IMG/VR virus record: IMGVR_UViG_3300010165_000040
Coordinates: 1 to 42,508 of that record
Source of the DNA: a virus
Lineage: Duplodnaviria; Caudoviricetes
Length of the DNA stretch: 42,508 bases
Direction: 5' to 3' (one strand)
The translations under genes and the position numbers were made by a program. Every line of letters starts with the position of its first letter. Position 1 is the first letter of the stretch. Below, piece after piece: positions 9,801-19,773 of the stretch. The notes under the pieces were generated by a model. That model ran no database searches. It was not told the origin of the DNA and saw only the letters and a program-made list of their open reading frames with translations.

Positions 9801-12021
9801 AAGATTTAATCCATTTTTCACTGTAAAAACTAGGAATTAAGTTCCTCCCACCAATTTCAGTAGGAATCTCCGCTCTCACATCTGCTAAACTCCCGTAAAT
9901 ACCTTCAGCACTTTCATTTATCTGACTATCCACATAGCTTACGGTGGAGTAGCCTTTGCCTTCGACTAAGTTATTCACTTCGGTACTGGTTAAGCGTCTA
10001 GAGATTTCGTCAGCGTTTATACTGATATTTGCACTGTTCGTTTCCACTTTTTCGTTCACTGTATCTACACGACTACTATCCGCTTTCAGACCGATGCTTT
10101 CAGCGTTTAAACCAATCTGCGCGCTGTTTTCACTCACGATTCCATTTAAGGTATCGACCGTGGACGAGTCAGCTTTACTAAGAAGTTCTGTCGCATTCTG
10201 ACTGATACGAGTCTCATGATTTGATACCGTACCATCCAACTTATTAAAGTCCGTCTGCGATACTTTCGCGCTTAATTCGCCTTCTATATCGTCCACTTGG
10301 ACGCTTAAATCGGTGTAGGTTTGTTCTAAGCCGTCAACACCACTCAAAGCCTTTTGCGCCTCACTCAACGCACTGTCAGCATGGTTCCACGCGGTATTCG
10401 CACTGTCTAAAGCGTTGTTGATACCACTTTGAGCTTGACTTTGCACATCGCTGATGTCTTGTTCTAAACCTGACAGATTGCTTTCTAAAGCAGGAATGGC
10501 TATGTTGCTGATGTCATTCAATATCGCTTCGTGGGTGTCGATTAAGCTAGCATTCGCCCCAGCTTCAGTAATAGCTTCGTCAGCTCTAGCGCCCACATCG
10601 CCGATGCTTTCGTTGATGTCTGCAACTGTATCATTAAATTCATTCTCCCAAGCGCTCGTTTCTTCCGCTATTTTTTTGTCGGTATGGTCCAGTGCTGCTT
10701 GATAGTTTTCTTGGGCTTGTTGGCGGTCGAGTTCCATCTGTTTTAAAATTTCTTCAACTTGACGATCTGCATCACTTTTAACTTGTACCCAATCACCAAT
10801 CTGTTCATCCCAATGAAATAATAGTCTATCATCAGTATCGAAGAATGTGTCCCCATCTTTAAAATTGCCACTAGGTTTTTCTGTACTGTATATAATTTTA
10901 TTCCCTGCAGCATTTAATATCGTGTGGGCAATGGCTTCGTTAGACTCACGGACATTATTTTCTAAATTTGAAATTTGATTTTGAACATTTCCTGTAAAAT
11001 GTTCTTCAGAATCTCCCAAATAAACTTTTAAGTAGCGGTTATTAAACCCATCATATTCAAAACGGTTCACCCGAATCATCATATCCACATCATGTGGTAT
11101 ATACTTAAGGTTTAGTCCATCTCCCATGCTAATTTTTGTACCATCCACAATATTAGTATCTAATTCAATATTTCGTGATGGTTTATCAATGTCGTCTGTA
11201 GTAAACATTAAATTTAACCAATTTTTGAGTTCTTGCTCTGTTCGAATATCGTTGTTGGTATATTGTCTTTCAAAAATAACTCCACTGTAAGCATCAATTA
11301 ATGGACTGTCCACAGTTGTGGTAATACTACGTTCAATTTGTTCGCCATCAGGTCCATCTTCTGTCCATCCAGATTTACCATGAAGACGAGTTACAATACT
11401 TTGAAGTGATTCTTTATCTACAAAATTAGTAATATTTTTCTTTTCGTATAATAGTACATCTGTATCTTGACCAACTCGATTAACTAATCGAATATCATAG
11501 CCATTAATAACCAATTCACCATTCCAGCGATTTACAATACGCTTAAATACTTCCAAAGCATCAAATAATTGGTTTGGTTCTCTTTCGGCTTCATCAGCAT
11601 TTTGTACTGTGAAATCATGATTATTAGTAATATTTGATGTAAAGGTAAATGGTGTATCAATTAATAATCGGCTCACAAATATATTTAAAATTTGTTGCCC
11701 AGACATGCTAGATACGCTAAACGGACGGACTAATTTATTTCTCATATCTGCATAGAATAGTGGCCAGGCTTCAAATTCTACATAACCATCATATTTATAA
11801 GGATCTAAAATACGGAAAGGTTGCATTCCTTCAGGTGTATGAACTTTAATGATTTTATCTTTTTGAATAGTTTTATAGCGCCCATCTTTATCTAATGGGT
11901 GTTTACCTACTACAAAAAATTCATCATTAATTAAGTGGTCGACTACGACATCATAAGCTTTAGGTAAAGGTTGGCCATTATACCGGAAATCTTTTGTTGT
12001 GCTCTCATATAAATAAATCAT
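6850..12021 (-). CDS. Tail spike/Tal-host specificity protein with two CBM-like modules and C-terminal S74-type intramolecular chaperone
   Basis: N-terminal prophage tail domain after Dit; coiled coils; two GGRNLI...QLExG.xATDWTPAPED modules; SDERLKTNI chaperone motif near C-terminus. Confidence 0.85.
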   Translation of the reverse strand: MIYLYESTTKDFRYNGQPLPKAYDVVVDHLINDEFFVVGKHPLDKDGRYKTIQKDKIIKVHTPEGMQPFRILDPYKYDGYVEFEAWPLFYADMRNKLVRPFSVSSMSGQQILNIFVSRLLIDTPFTFTSNITNNHDFTVQNADEAEREPNQLFDALEVFKRIVNRWNGELVINGYDIRLVNRVGQDTDVLLYEKKNITNFVDKESLQSIVTRLHGKSGWTEDGPDGEQIERSITTTVDSPLIDAYSGVIFERQYTNNDIRTEQELKNWLNLMFTTDDIDKPSRNIELDTNIVDGTKISMGDGLNLKYIPHDVDMMIRVNRFEYDGFNNRYLKVYLGDSEEHFTGNVQNQISNLENNVRESNEAIAHTILNAAGNKIIYSTEKPSGNFKDGDTFFDTDDRLLFHWDEQIGDWVQVKSDADRQVEEILKQMELDRQQAQENYQAALDHTDKKIAEETSAWENEFNDTVADINESIGDVGARADEAITEAGANASLIDTHEAILNDISNIAIPALESNLSGLEQDISDVQSQAQSGINNALDSANTAWNHADSALSEAQKALSGVDGLEQTYTDLSVQVDDIEGELSAKVSQTDFNKLDGTVSNHETRISQNATELLSKADSSTVDTLNGIVSENSAQIGLNAESIGLKADSSRVDTVNEKVETNSANISINADEISRRLTSTEVNNLVEGKGYSTVSYVDSQINESAEGIYGSLADVRAEIPTEIGGRNLIPSFYSEKWIKSSENHAVVDEYTLRIDGNARSDIYILAEPNQIYTLSLTFSGRAWLHEVSEDGSQAWISNFRQNETAYRTLTFTTSSSVSEILFHVDSFSGQTDYPYYVKNVQLEKGTIATDWTPAPEDTDYKLQSLSNKFEVTAESIIADLNAYQETADGQFSNLNTRIETVAGQQTRQYQELTGKLNNKLENSDLNGYATESFVTTQITESAGSIEAQISSLETEVSSKLEQSDLANYATEQQLNNGLSGKADVSDLNAYATNDDLANGLSDKADLTLLTNYVEETTYNQDKSGFENRVSAIETNYVTDGTLSTELSNYVQETVYQQDKNGFISRISSVEETADDLIISYQNVRETAQLYERVIGSSENEINDSVSRIVASSGIIQTEVSSMDFGGRNLIRNSDTVYSSTSNNMYTQGYNLGMVEGKKYTYSFDIRSDIPTVLNRVFLNNGLSSIDTLLSNVPINEEWQRLSFTFTYNGKLYNGHQIYPHFYPESGTNDTTYVKNQQLERGSVATDWTPAPEDQTAYTDSAVSTVQTQLDNSWAVQTLNSNEDVMSEIAITDSTARIKGKNILLDGNVSMTNAYITDLEALSINAVEGDITRIITDHLQANTITSKHMVSSLSMIDELFGNDAYIQRLTTKNAFIESIQTTTLSADQIVAGTLDASNLNVINLNVNSLVGNTSEFIRSNWNRAAGGNVRIDGGGILSTAFDNSQVYIQNGIMGVRNPNNATIGQIGFSEWEDRPGSPWFNIFISNGTHFRIANNIGGNTYNTSFDIMSGGEEAFLRVDNGIYLRGGFTDVTNELRSRGDIRMYGNNIVNPYSISLTNGGEFLTLSDGTTRLQTVGGMLQFRIGTAQKMRIDSTRNYMNQILNMQGNNIVSVSDERLKTNIHDYNDSILNEFFEPINPVTFNWKDPDMTTETQMGLIAQRTPIISEYAEDLDEWNIVYNRQIMVNTFGIKELLNRDTDKENRIRKLEAENEGLKDRINQLEGAN

Positions 12022-12737
12022 AGCCAAGCCCACCTTTCTAACATTTCAATGCTTGTAATACCGCTTCCCAATTGGATTACTGATGTTGTTCCTTCTATAA
12101 TTTCAATAAAATCTCCTCTCATAATGCTGTTAGCGGTTTGCCCGTATTGATCAAATACATTTTGCTCTAACGGTTTACTTTCTAAAGACATTTCATGATG
12201 AAGTTTTTTTAAGTAAACAGTTTGATTACCAATTGTAATTGATGTTTGCTGATTGCTTTCCCCGAATACTTTTATATGTGGGTACATCGGAGCGTTTGTA
12301 TGGTTAGTAATGGACTGCCCATCTGTATATGAATTTGTTACTTGCTCTAATTCATACCCAAAAGGATTTGTTGTAAAAACAATATCAACACGATAACCGG
12401 CTATAGCATCCACTGGACTGTGTGCTAATTCAACATCTAAAATTTCATAAAAAACATCAGGTTCATCACTTGCAATCAATTGGCCATAATCTTTTGCCCA
12501 TGACTTTATTTGTCTCATATCTTTAAGTGTAGCCGTTGGACAATATATTGTGTATTCTTTTGGAATTGGCGGCCAAGCCCTTACTTCATCTTTATTTGCA
12601 CCTGTGGAATGATCTGTTTCCATTAACCGATTTTTCTTTTTTGGTGAGCGAAAACCGTCATTACCTTCAACAAAAACCGGGAAACTAAAATCTCCAGTTG
12701 ATTGGCCATTAACTTTGAGTTCATTCACTTCTATCAC
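12018..12737 (-). CDS. Distal tail protein (Dit)
   Basis: 239 aa between TMP and Tal; FTTNPFGY and ITNHTNAPMYPHI motifs. Confidence 0.85.
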   Translation of the reverse strand: MIEVNELKVNGQSTGDFSFPVFVEGNDGFRSPKKKNRLMETDHSTGANKDEVRAWPPIPKEYTIYCPTATLKDMRQIKSWAKDYGQLIASDEPDVFYEILDVELAHSPVDAIAGYRVDIVFTTNPFGYELEQVTNSYTDGQSITNHTNAPMYPHIKVFGESNQQTSITIGNQTVYLKKLHHEMSLESKPLEQNVFDQYGQTANSIMRGDFIEIIEGTTSVIQLGSGITSIEMLERWAWL

Positions 12738-15700
12738 CTAACCGCCTCCTTTCATACTCATTATATTTCCACGGTCATAATTGCGGTTTAATAAATTATT
12801 AACATCGTCATAAATCGTTTTTCCGACTTCTTTTTTGTCCATTTTAATGACTTGACCTTGTGCAACTAGCTGGATTAAGGTTTGCAGTAATTCGTTTGTT
12901 TGACTCATATCCACATCACTATTCTGCCCGCTCAAAACTTGTGTTCGTTGGTTTTGACTAATCGGCGTGATACTTACTTTCCCTTGTGCTATTTGGAATA
13001 TCTCTGGTCCAGCTTCACCAACTAAACCAGTATAGCCATCATAAGGATTTTGAATCGTACCACCTTGTGCAAACTTAGGAATACGGTTTAGGTATTGCTT
13101 CAGCCCATCGTTGTGACGAGCTGAAGTTTTGAATGACTGTCTACTCGGCCAAATACGAGTGCCTCGAGGTAAATTATATAATTCATCCTTATTGCCAGAC
13201 ACACCAAATGTTCCTTTAGGTGTTAGATACGGCTCGCGTTTCCCACCATCACCTAACCAAGTTGTGCCTCCTTCAAAGGATGGATTACCAGTTGCATTCC
13301 CAGTTATTCTATCCCATACCTGATTAATCGTTCTGTTAATTGTAGTAAAGATAGATGTTTTCTGACTAGGCGCATTATTGACTGAACGAGTCCAATCATT
13401 AACATCTCCAGTATTTGAAGAGGCGTTGGTACTTGTGGTTGCTCTTGTGTTAGTAGAAGTAGTGTTATTTTGTGCATTTGTCCAGTTTTGTACCAGATTT
13501 GTAGGACCTGGTGCATTAGTACTCGTTTGTGCATTAGTACTTGTAGAGTACGTCCCATCTTGAGCTTGAGTCCAAGAATTAACAAGGTTGGTAGGCCCTG
13601 GTGCGTTAGTACTTGTTTGAGCATTCGTATTTGTTGAATACGTTCTATCTTGAGCGTTTGACCAGTTATTTATCTTACTCGTGTTACCTGGAGCATTCGT
13701 GCTAGTTGAAGCACTTGTATTTGTTGAATAAGTTCTATCCTGGGCTGATACCCATTCGTGGACTAAATTAGTAGGTCCCGGTGCGTTTGTAGACATAGTT
13801 GCATTGCTATTTTTCTGTCCAGGAGTACTATTTACCGCCTCATTCCAAGCATCAACATTAGGCTTTATTAAATGTGCATTGGTTGAGGCGGTAGCTCTCA
13901 TTCGTTTTTCTGAATCAGGTAACTCTCTCCAACGATTGTAGTCCTCCTCAGAGGAAAGGATGGTATTAATTAAATCAATATTATTACCTAACATTTGTTT
14001 TTCAGTCGGAGGTAAAACCATCCATCGATTATACGCTTCTTCTGATTCTAAGATTGGGCCTAAAGCCGCAGTATTATTTGCAATTAATCGTTTATCATTG
14101 GCAGGTAAACCATTCCAACGATTTAACGTTACTTCAGACTGCGTTACTTTATTAAGCAAGTCTAAGTTATTCGCCATGAGGTCTTTTTCTTCATCAGGTA
14201 TCGCTTTAAATGCATTTAATCGTGTCTCTGATTCGAAAATTTTTGTTATTAAGTCATAATTTTCACCTAATAACTCCTTGGTCTCTGGATCTATACTTCG
14301 CCATACACTCATCGCTGTTTCTGATTCACGAATTGTATTAATAAAATTATAGTTCTCTGCATTTAATTCTTTTGTTTCGGCTTCGAACTGGTCCCATAAT
14401 CCTAGATAAGCAAGGGATTCTATCATCTTTTCAGGAGTATTGGATTGAATGATGGCTCTTTTTTCTTCTAGGCTCATTTCATTCCATTGACCTGAATCTT
14501 CTAAGGCTTTATAAACCGTTTGAGAAAATTGGTTATCCAATACGGCATTCTTTTCATCCCAAGATAATGTATCCCAGCGGCCATTTTCTAAGGCAGCCAC
14601 ACCAATCATAGCTTTCACGTTTGAATCTAAATTGGCTTCTTTCAGCTGGTAACTCATAGCATTCCATTGATTTTCACTGGCTCCAGCTTCAATTAACACT
14701 TCTTGCAAGTTCGTATGAACTTCACCAGTTTTTTCATCAAGGACAATATCATTCCAAGCTCTACCAACTGCAGTAGAAGCATCACCTAGAATATCTAAAC
14801 TTTGAGCACTCTTATTTGCAGTTTCTTGATACTGTTCAGATAATGATTGTGCACTAGCTATAATTTTATCATTCTCAGCAATCATATCTTGGCCTGCTTT
14901 TGTAGTACTATCCACCGCTTGACCATTTGCAAAGAAGATTTCTTCAGCAATTTGAGGATACTTCTCAGCAATCGTGGCTAATTGAGCATCCACACCTTGT
15001 GTTGTCGCTTCATTCGCTGAATCCCACATATCTTCCATATCAGCAATATATTCATCCGAATAGCCATTGTCCTCTAACCATGAAAGGTGTTGTTCTTTCA
15101 TCTCATTGTTGTGGGAATTCATTTGTTGTCTTTGTTCTGAAAGACTTTGAGCCCAGGACTTCGCCTGGTCATAGGATGCACTTTCTACATCCCCAGTCAT
15201 CGCTGTAAGGATGGCATCCTGTTCATCTTTAGAGATTTTAAGTGTTCGAACATACTGAGTAGCAGAATTTTTATAAATATCATTAATCTGTTGTGCTTCA
15301 GAAGCGGTTAATTCACGGTTATTATCTGAAGCTTGTTGTCTAATCTGGTTAACACGTTCTTGGTTTTCTTGGATTTTTCCTAGAGCATCTTCTGCAACTT
15401 TTAACTCATCTTGCATCGCTTGGCCAATTGTACCTTCAACATGATTTGGCAGTTCATCTAGCATGACAGTTAAGTCTTCGATTTTTTGGGTTAATGCCCC
15501 TTCAATCGACGTACCTAACTGTTCAAAACTATTTGCCATGGCTTCTGTATCTGTACTTACTCCTGAAGATAAGTTATTCAGGTGTCCTTGTCCTTCTAGA
15601 GAAAATTGTTGAATCTTATCTAGATTGGCATCGGTTGTTTCACCAACATCTGTACCCCATTGTTTTGTACGTTCAGCTGACTCATAGGCTCCTTCTCCCC

Positions 15701-17705
15701 AAAGTTTCCAGGCTCCATATCCAGCTCCTAACACGCCAGCTACTGCCCATGCTTTCGGACCCATTAGACCTAAAGCTTTAGTGAATCCACCGACTCCTTT
15801 AGCTCCAGAAGCGTTTCGTGCTACACGAGACACACCATCAAGAGAATCGGACGTTATATTTAATCCGCCTGAAGCTAATTCAGCAGCACCTTTTAAACCG
15901 CCAAACATTCGAACGGCTCCACCACCTAATCGGGTTAATGTGCCGACTCCTTGGCCAACTCGTCCAACCATAGATAAGACTGGACCAGCAGCTGCAACGA
16001 ATGCTAAAGCTTTAATAATATTTTTCTGTGTAGCATCATCGAGTTCGTTAAATGAACCAACTAAGTCTGTAATTCCTTGAGCTAAATCAGTAATCACGGG
16101 AGCTAACGCTTCAGTAATTTCAATTCCAGCTGTTTCTAAAGCTCCCATCATCTCTTCAATCGTTCCAGCTAAACCACTATTAATCGTCTCAGCGAAATCT
16201 TGTGCTGCTCCATCTGAATTAACGAGTGATTGTGTTAAGTCTTGGAAACCTCCGTCTGCTTCAGCAAGTAATGCACTAACACCAGACATCGATTCTTTAC
16301 CAAATAATGTGTTTAATGCTGCGTTTCGGGTTTCTTCTGACATTCCAGCTAAGGACTCATTTAAATGAGGAAGTAATTCACCCAATGGTTTCATTTGTCC
16401 GTTAGCGTCATAGACTTCAAGACCTAGATCAGCCATTAAATCTCCGGCTTTTCCAGTAGGAGCAGCTAAACGTTGGAGCATTGTTCGGAGTGAAGTTCCT
16501 GCTTGGGTTCCTTTAATCCCAGCATCACTCATAATTCCAATAGCGGCTGCGGCTTCCTCGAAGCTTGTCCCCATACGTGAGGCTTCAGGTCCAACATATT
16601 TCATTGCCTGAGCCATATCTTGGGTTTCAGCATTGGTATCGGCGGCAGCTTTCGCATAAACGTCTGCAACGTGAGCTGTATCTGACATTTCTAAACCAAA
16701 CTGATTGACAGCAGTCCCTGCGGCTTGTGCAGCTAAAGCCATATCTCCACCAGAAACGGATGCTAAGTCTAATAGTCCTGGCATAGCCGCTAATATCTCA
16801 TTAACCTCAAAACCTTGTGAAGCTAATTCTTCCTGAGCTTGAGCAACTTCAGTAGCTCCAAACACAGTAGACTCGCCTAAATCAATTGCTTGTTGCCTTA
16901 ATTCGTCAAATTCTCCACCAGTGGCTTGAGAAATCGCAGCCACACGATTCATCTGTTTCTCAAATCGAACTCCAGTTGTAACTGCAGCTGTTCCTACACC
17001 AACTAAAGGCAAAGTAACTCCAGTGGTTAATGTATCTCCAACTGAGGCCATCCCACTACTAAATGAGTGAATTCGATCTCCAGCATTTGTCATCTTTTTC
17101 GATAAATCAGCATATTGGCCACCATTTTTAATATAAGCTCGAGTTAGTTCGTCTGTTTGATTTTCTAACTCAGCCATACTAATTTTGGCGCTGTTCATCT
17201 TGCTAGGCATCTTATCAAGCTCTTTGGTATATTGCTTTTGTTCTTTTTCTAACTGGTTTAAGTTTCTGGCCAGTTCCTTCGTTTCACTCTGAGATTCTTG
17301 CCAAGCCACTTTAGCTTCTTTGGTTTCCCTAGCGTTGTACCCCGCTGCTTTACCTAATTCACGATATTCTTTTTCTAATCGATTGGTTTCTCTTTGTGAT
17401 TTAGTTAATGCACTCGTCGTCTGCTCAATCTCACGTTCTGTTAAATTCAAACTGGTACTAAAGGTTTTTTGAGCGTTTTCGAGTGTTTTTAACTTGTTCT
17501 TTTGAACATCATACTCACGACCTAAAGACTTTAATTGGGTTTCAAACTTATTTGTTGCTGAAGCACCGTTTCCCAGTTCAGCCATAGCAAGTCGTGTTTC
17601 TTGTGACATTAAACGGGCTTCTTGTCCGGCAGATTTTAAATCTTGCTTATACTGATTAACCCCCTCTGCGGTCAATCGAACACCCATTCTTCTTAATTCT
17701 GCCAT
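12738..17705 (-). CDS. Tape measure protein
   Basis: 1655 aa; TP901-type core (FEKQMNRVAAIS, GIKGTQAGTSLR); Trp-spaced repeats. Confidence 0.93.
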   Translation of the reverse strand: MAELRRMGVRLTAEGVNQYKQDLKSAGQEARLMSQETRLAMAELGNGASATNKFETQLKSLGREYDVQKNKLKTLENAQKTFSTSLNLTEREIEQTTSALTKSQRETNRLEKEYRELGKAAGYNARETKEAKVAWQESQSETKELARNLNQLEKEQKQYTKELDKMPSKMNSAKISMAELENQTDELTRAYIKNGGQYADLSKKMTNAGDRIHSFSSGMASVGDTLTTGVTLPLVGVGTAAVTTGVRFEKQMNRVAAISQATGGEFDELRQQAIDLGESTVFGATEVAQAQEELASQGFEVNEILAAMPGLLDLASVSGGDMALAAQAAGTAVNQFGLEMSDTAHVADVYAKAAADTNAETQDMAQAMKYVGPEASRMGTSFEEAAAAIGIMSDAGIKGTQAGTSLRTMLQRLAAPTGKAGDLMADLGLEVYDANGQMKPLGELLPHLNESLAGMSEETRNAALNTLFGKESMSGVSALLAEADGGFQDLTQSLVNSDGAAQDFAETINSGLAGTIEEMMGALETAGIEITEALAPVITDLAQGITDLVGSFNELDDATQKNIIKALAFVAAAGPVLSMVGRVGQGVGTLTRLGGGAVRMFGGLKGAAELASGGLNITSDSLDGVSRVARNASGAKGVGGFTKALGLMGPKAWAVAGVLGAGYGAWKLWGEGAYESAERTKQWGTDVGETTDANLDKIQQFSLEGQGHLNNLSSGVSTDTEAMANSFEQLGTSIEGALTQKIEDLTVMLDELPNHVEGTIGQAMQDELKVAEDALGKIQENQERVNQIRQQASDNNRELTASEAQQINDIYKNSATQYVRTLKISKDEQDAILTAMTGDVESASYDQAKSWAQSLSEQRQQMNSHNNEMKEQHLSWLEDNGYSDEYIADMEDMWDSANEATTQGVDAQLATIAEKYPQIAEEIFFANGQAVDSTTKAGQDMIAENDKIIASAQSLSEQYQETANKSAQSLDILGDASTAVGRAWNDIVLDEKTGEVHTNLQEVLIEAGASENQWNAMSYQLKEANLDSNVKAMIGVAALENGRWDTLSWDEKNAVLDNQFSQTVYKALEDSGQWNEMSLEEKRAIIQSNTPEKMIESLAYLGLWDQFEAETKELNAENYNFINTIRESETAMSVWRSIDPETKELLGENYDLITKIFESETRLNAFKAIPDEEKDLMANNLDLLNKVTQSEVTLNRWNGLPANDKRLIANNTAALGPILESEEAYNRWMVLPPTEKQMLGNNIDLINTILSSEEDYNRWRELPDSEKRMRATASTNAHLIKPNVDAWNEAVNSTPGQKNSNATMSTNAPGPTNLVHEWVSAQDRTYSTNTSASTSTNAPGNTSKINNWSNAQDRTYSTNTNAQTSTNAPGPTNLVNSWTQAQDGTYSTSTNAQTSTNAPGPTNLVQNWTNAQNNTTSTNTRATTSTNASSNTGDVNDWTRSVNNAPSQKTSIFTTINRTINQVWDRITGNATGNPSFEGGTTWLGDGGKREPYLTPKGTFGVSGNKDELYNLPRGTRIWPSRQSFKTSARHNDGLKQYLNRIPKFAQGGTIQNPYDGYTGLVGEAGPEIFQIAQGKVSITPISQNQRTQVLSGQNSDVDMSQTNELLQTLIQLVAQGQVIKMDKKEVGKTIYDDVNNLLNRNYDRGNIMSMKGGG
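13340..13890 (-). repeat. 30-aa (90-nt) tandem repeats in TMP C-terminal region
   Basis: About six copies of STNAPGPTNLVxxWxxAQDxTYSTNTxAxT; boundaries approximate. Confidence 0.85.
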
Positions 17706-17720
17706 TCATTCACCTCCTCA

Positions 17721-17999
17721 CTATAAAAAGTTCACTGCTGGTGTTTCTGTAAATTCTTCTTCTGTTTTTTCTTCTTTATTGCCTTTCACCAATTGATTAA
17801 GCATGATGGAAACATCAATTAAATCGTGATCAAATAAAAATTCATCACGTGACATATTGAAATGTTTTCGACATGCGGTGTATAAGTAATCCCAATCAAT
17901 ATCTAGTTCTTCTTGCTCTTCTGTTTCTCCCGATTTTCTTGTGCTTGTTCCGCTTTCTGTTTGACTTCCTCGTCCACCCCGAAGGCAATATCGAAAAAA
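17721..17999 (-). CDS. Tail assembly chaperone frameshift extension (gpGT-like, -1 frame)
   Basis: -1 frame is open from T-TTT-TTC (17993-17999) to TAG at 17721 and encodes ...ELDIDWDYLYTACRKHFNMSRDEFLF...; no own RBS/start seen. Confidence 0.7.
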   Translation of the reverse strand, partial: FFRYCLRGGRGSQTESGTSTRKSGETEEQEELDIDWDYLYTACRKHFNMSRDEFLFDHDLIDVSIMLNQLVKGNKEEKTEEEFTETPAVNFL

Positions 18000-18271
18000 T
18001 CGTTGTAAAATTTGATAACTCCTTTAGGATCTGTATTCTCCATTAACTCTTCAAAAGTTACGTCAATATGATTCGCATTTAATACAGCAGTAGTAAATTT
18101 AGCCATAGCTACGTTAGAGCTATGTTTTAACTCTTCATCAAAGTTGCTTTGGTCCATATCAAATAAACTATCCAGGTATAACCACACGGCATTATTAACC
18201 TTGTATTCCTTTTCTTCACCTGTAATATCAGACTTCATCGTTTTAAGAGTGTTCTTAAAAATATTACTCAT
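17903..18271 (-). CDS. Tail assembly chaperone (gpG-like)
   Basis: 122 aa between major tail and TMP genes. Confidence 0.8.
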   Translation of the reverse strand: MSNIFKNTLKTMKSDITGEEKEYKVNNAVWLYLDSLFDMDQSNFDEELKHSSNVAMAKFTTAVLNANHIDVTFEELMENTDPKGVIKFYNDFFDIAFGVDEEVKQKAEQAQENREKQKSKKN

Positions 18272-18294
18272 TTATCTTCCTCCTAGATATAAAT

Positions 18295-18321
18295 AAAAAA
18301 GAGGGCTATTTAGCCCTCTTT
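18295..18321 (-). terminator. Intrinsic terminator after major tail gene
   Basis: AAAGAGGGCTA/TAGCCCTCTTT inverted repeat plus T run. Confidence 0.85.
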
Positions 18322-18324
18322 GAA

Positions 18325-19014
18325 TTAAACTTGTGGATCTTCGGTTGGATTTTCAGTTGAATTAGCTTTTGCTGCAGCTTCTAAAGTTGTTGTATCATAC
18401 CAACCGTTTTCTAATAATTTTGATACATCATAATAATCCTGCGCGTCGTCTTCACGAGTATCTACTTTAAGATAAATATTTTCATTATCTCCAGCTAAGT
18501 CACTAGCTGGTTTATAAATCAACGCATTTCCCACAATGTTATACGCCGTGATTTGTGCTTCTTTTGATTCACCTTCAGTTGCTGGGTTTAATCCAACAGG
18601 CTCTAATTGACATTTAGGGAAGTTATAAATGACTTCTTCACCTTTTTCATCAGTTGCAGGGAATGAAAAACGGAAGAATTCACGAATTGGATTGCTGTTA
18701 TAGGCATAAGCCCCAGGGCCAATTTTAATCGCTCCTGTTGCCTTTTCAGCAAATCCTTTAGGCAAGTAAGCAGCGTTTAGTGTAATGGTTACACCTGTTA
18801 ATTTACCTAATTCTGAATGGACTTTATTTGATAGATATACGGGATTTGATTCAAAAGTCATTTCTGTTTCTGCAGATTCTAAAGATGGAACAACTTGTAC
18901 TCCAATCTCATCATCATAAACCGGTGCAGTTGTTTCAGTTTCTTCTTCAGCCATATGCTGGAAGTAGCCATCGCCAAGTCCAGTCATTAATCCTCTTTTT
19001 ACTGTTTCAGCCAT
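18325..19014 (-). CDS. Major tail protein
   Basis: Start MAETVK after AAGGAG; phi13-like MTP features (GLGDGYF, YNFPKC); synteny. Confidence 0.85.
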   Translation of the reverse strand: MAETVKRGLMTGLGDGYFQHMAEEETETTAPVYDDEIGVQVVPSLESAETEMTFESNPVYLSNKVHSELGKLTGVTITLNAAYLPKGFAEKATGAIKIGPGAYAYNSNPIREFFRFSFPATDEKGEEVIYNFPKCQLEPVGLNPATEGESKEAQITAYNIVGNALIYKPASDLAGDNENIYLKVDTREDDAQDYYDVSKLLENGWYDTTTLEAAAKANSTENPTEDPQV

Positions 19015-19047
19015 TTTATTTATCTCTCCTTCTTCATTTTGGGTATT

Positions 19048-19073
19048 AAAAAAGGCGACCACATTAGTCGCCT
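19048..19073 (-). terminator. Terminator-like hairpin before major tail gene
   Basis: AGGCGAC-N7-GTCGCCT-TTTTT on minus strand. Confidence 0.6.
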
Positions 19074-19429
19074 ATAATCATTTTCCGAATGTCCTCAACA
19101 ATTTCATGTTCTGTTTGGTCTGCTGCAGGTCTTACATGTGGCCGTGGATAATCTTTATAGGTTCCAATTTCATGAAAATACAAGTGGAAGTTTGGTCGAG
19201 GTGCCCAGCCAATCAAACGATCAAATTTTTCTGGTTCATAAATAATCCCGGCAACACCAGCTCCTGTCTTATGCAGCCCTTTACTTTTCGCAATGGATTT
19301 TGCTCTATCAATTAACTTTTCAGCCCCATTATCCATTGCTCGTGGCATATTCTCCACTCTTCGTAACGCCTCTTCAATTTCTTGTTCAGAGCCGTTTTCG
19401 TCACCAATCATTTCACCTTTGAGATTCAT
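19064..19429 (-). CDS. HK97 gp10-like tail completion protein
   Basis: YFHEIGT....PRPHVRPA motif. Confidence 0.8.
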   Translation of the reverse strand: MNLKGEMIGDENGSEQEIEEALRRVENMPRAMDNGAEKLIDRAKSIAKSKGLHKTGAGVAGIIYEPEKFDRLIGWAPRPNFHLYFHEIGTYKDYPRPHVRPAADQTEHEIVEDIRKMIIGD

Positions 19430-19773
19430 TTTCTCACCTCAATAAAATAATGATAAACCGGATATCTTGTATTGTTTTCATCATCAATCGCTTCAATCCA
19501 ATCCGTTGTATAAAGCCCTTGAAGTTCTAATCCAGACTCAATGGTTTGTAACAACTCATTGGCTTCTACATCGAAAGGATAATCGGAAAAGACATCCACT
19601 TGATACCAAATATTCTTAGTAGCTTTTTCATTACTCAAACGGTCTGAATAATTACTTCCCAATGTGTAGCGAATATATGGAAATGAGTCTGAAGACCCAC
19701 TCCCATAAAAATGAGGGTAGCCTGTTTCACTCAATACGCTAAAAATATCACTCTTTAGTGTTATAGTGGCCAC
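19426..19773 (-). CDS. Putative tail terminator protein
   Basis: FPYIRY and YQVDVFS motifs; synteny. Confidence 0.7.
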   Translation of the reverse strand: MATITLKSDIFSVLSETGYPHFYGSGSSDSFPYIRYTLGSNYSDRLSNEKATKNIWYQVDVFSDYPFDVEANELLQTIESGLELQGLYTTDWIEAIDDENNTRYPVYHYFIEVRK

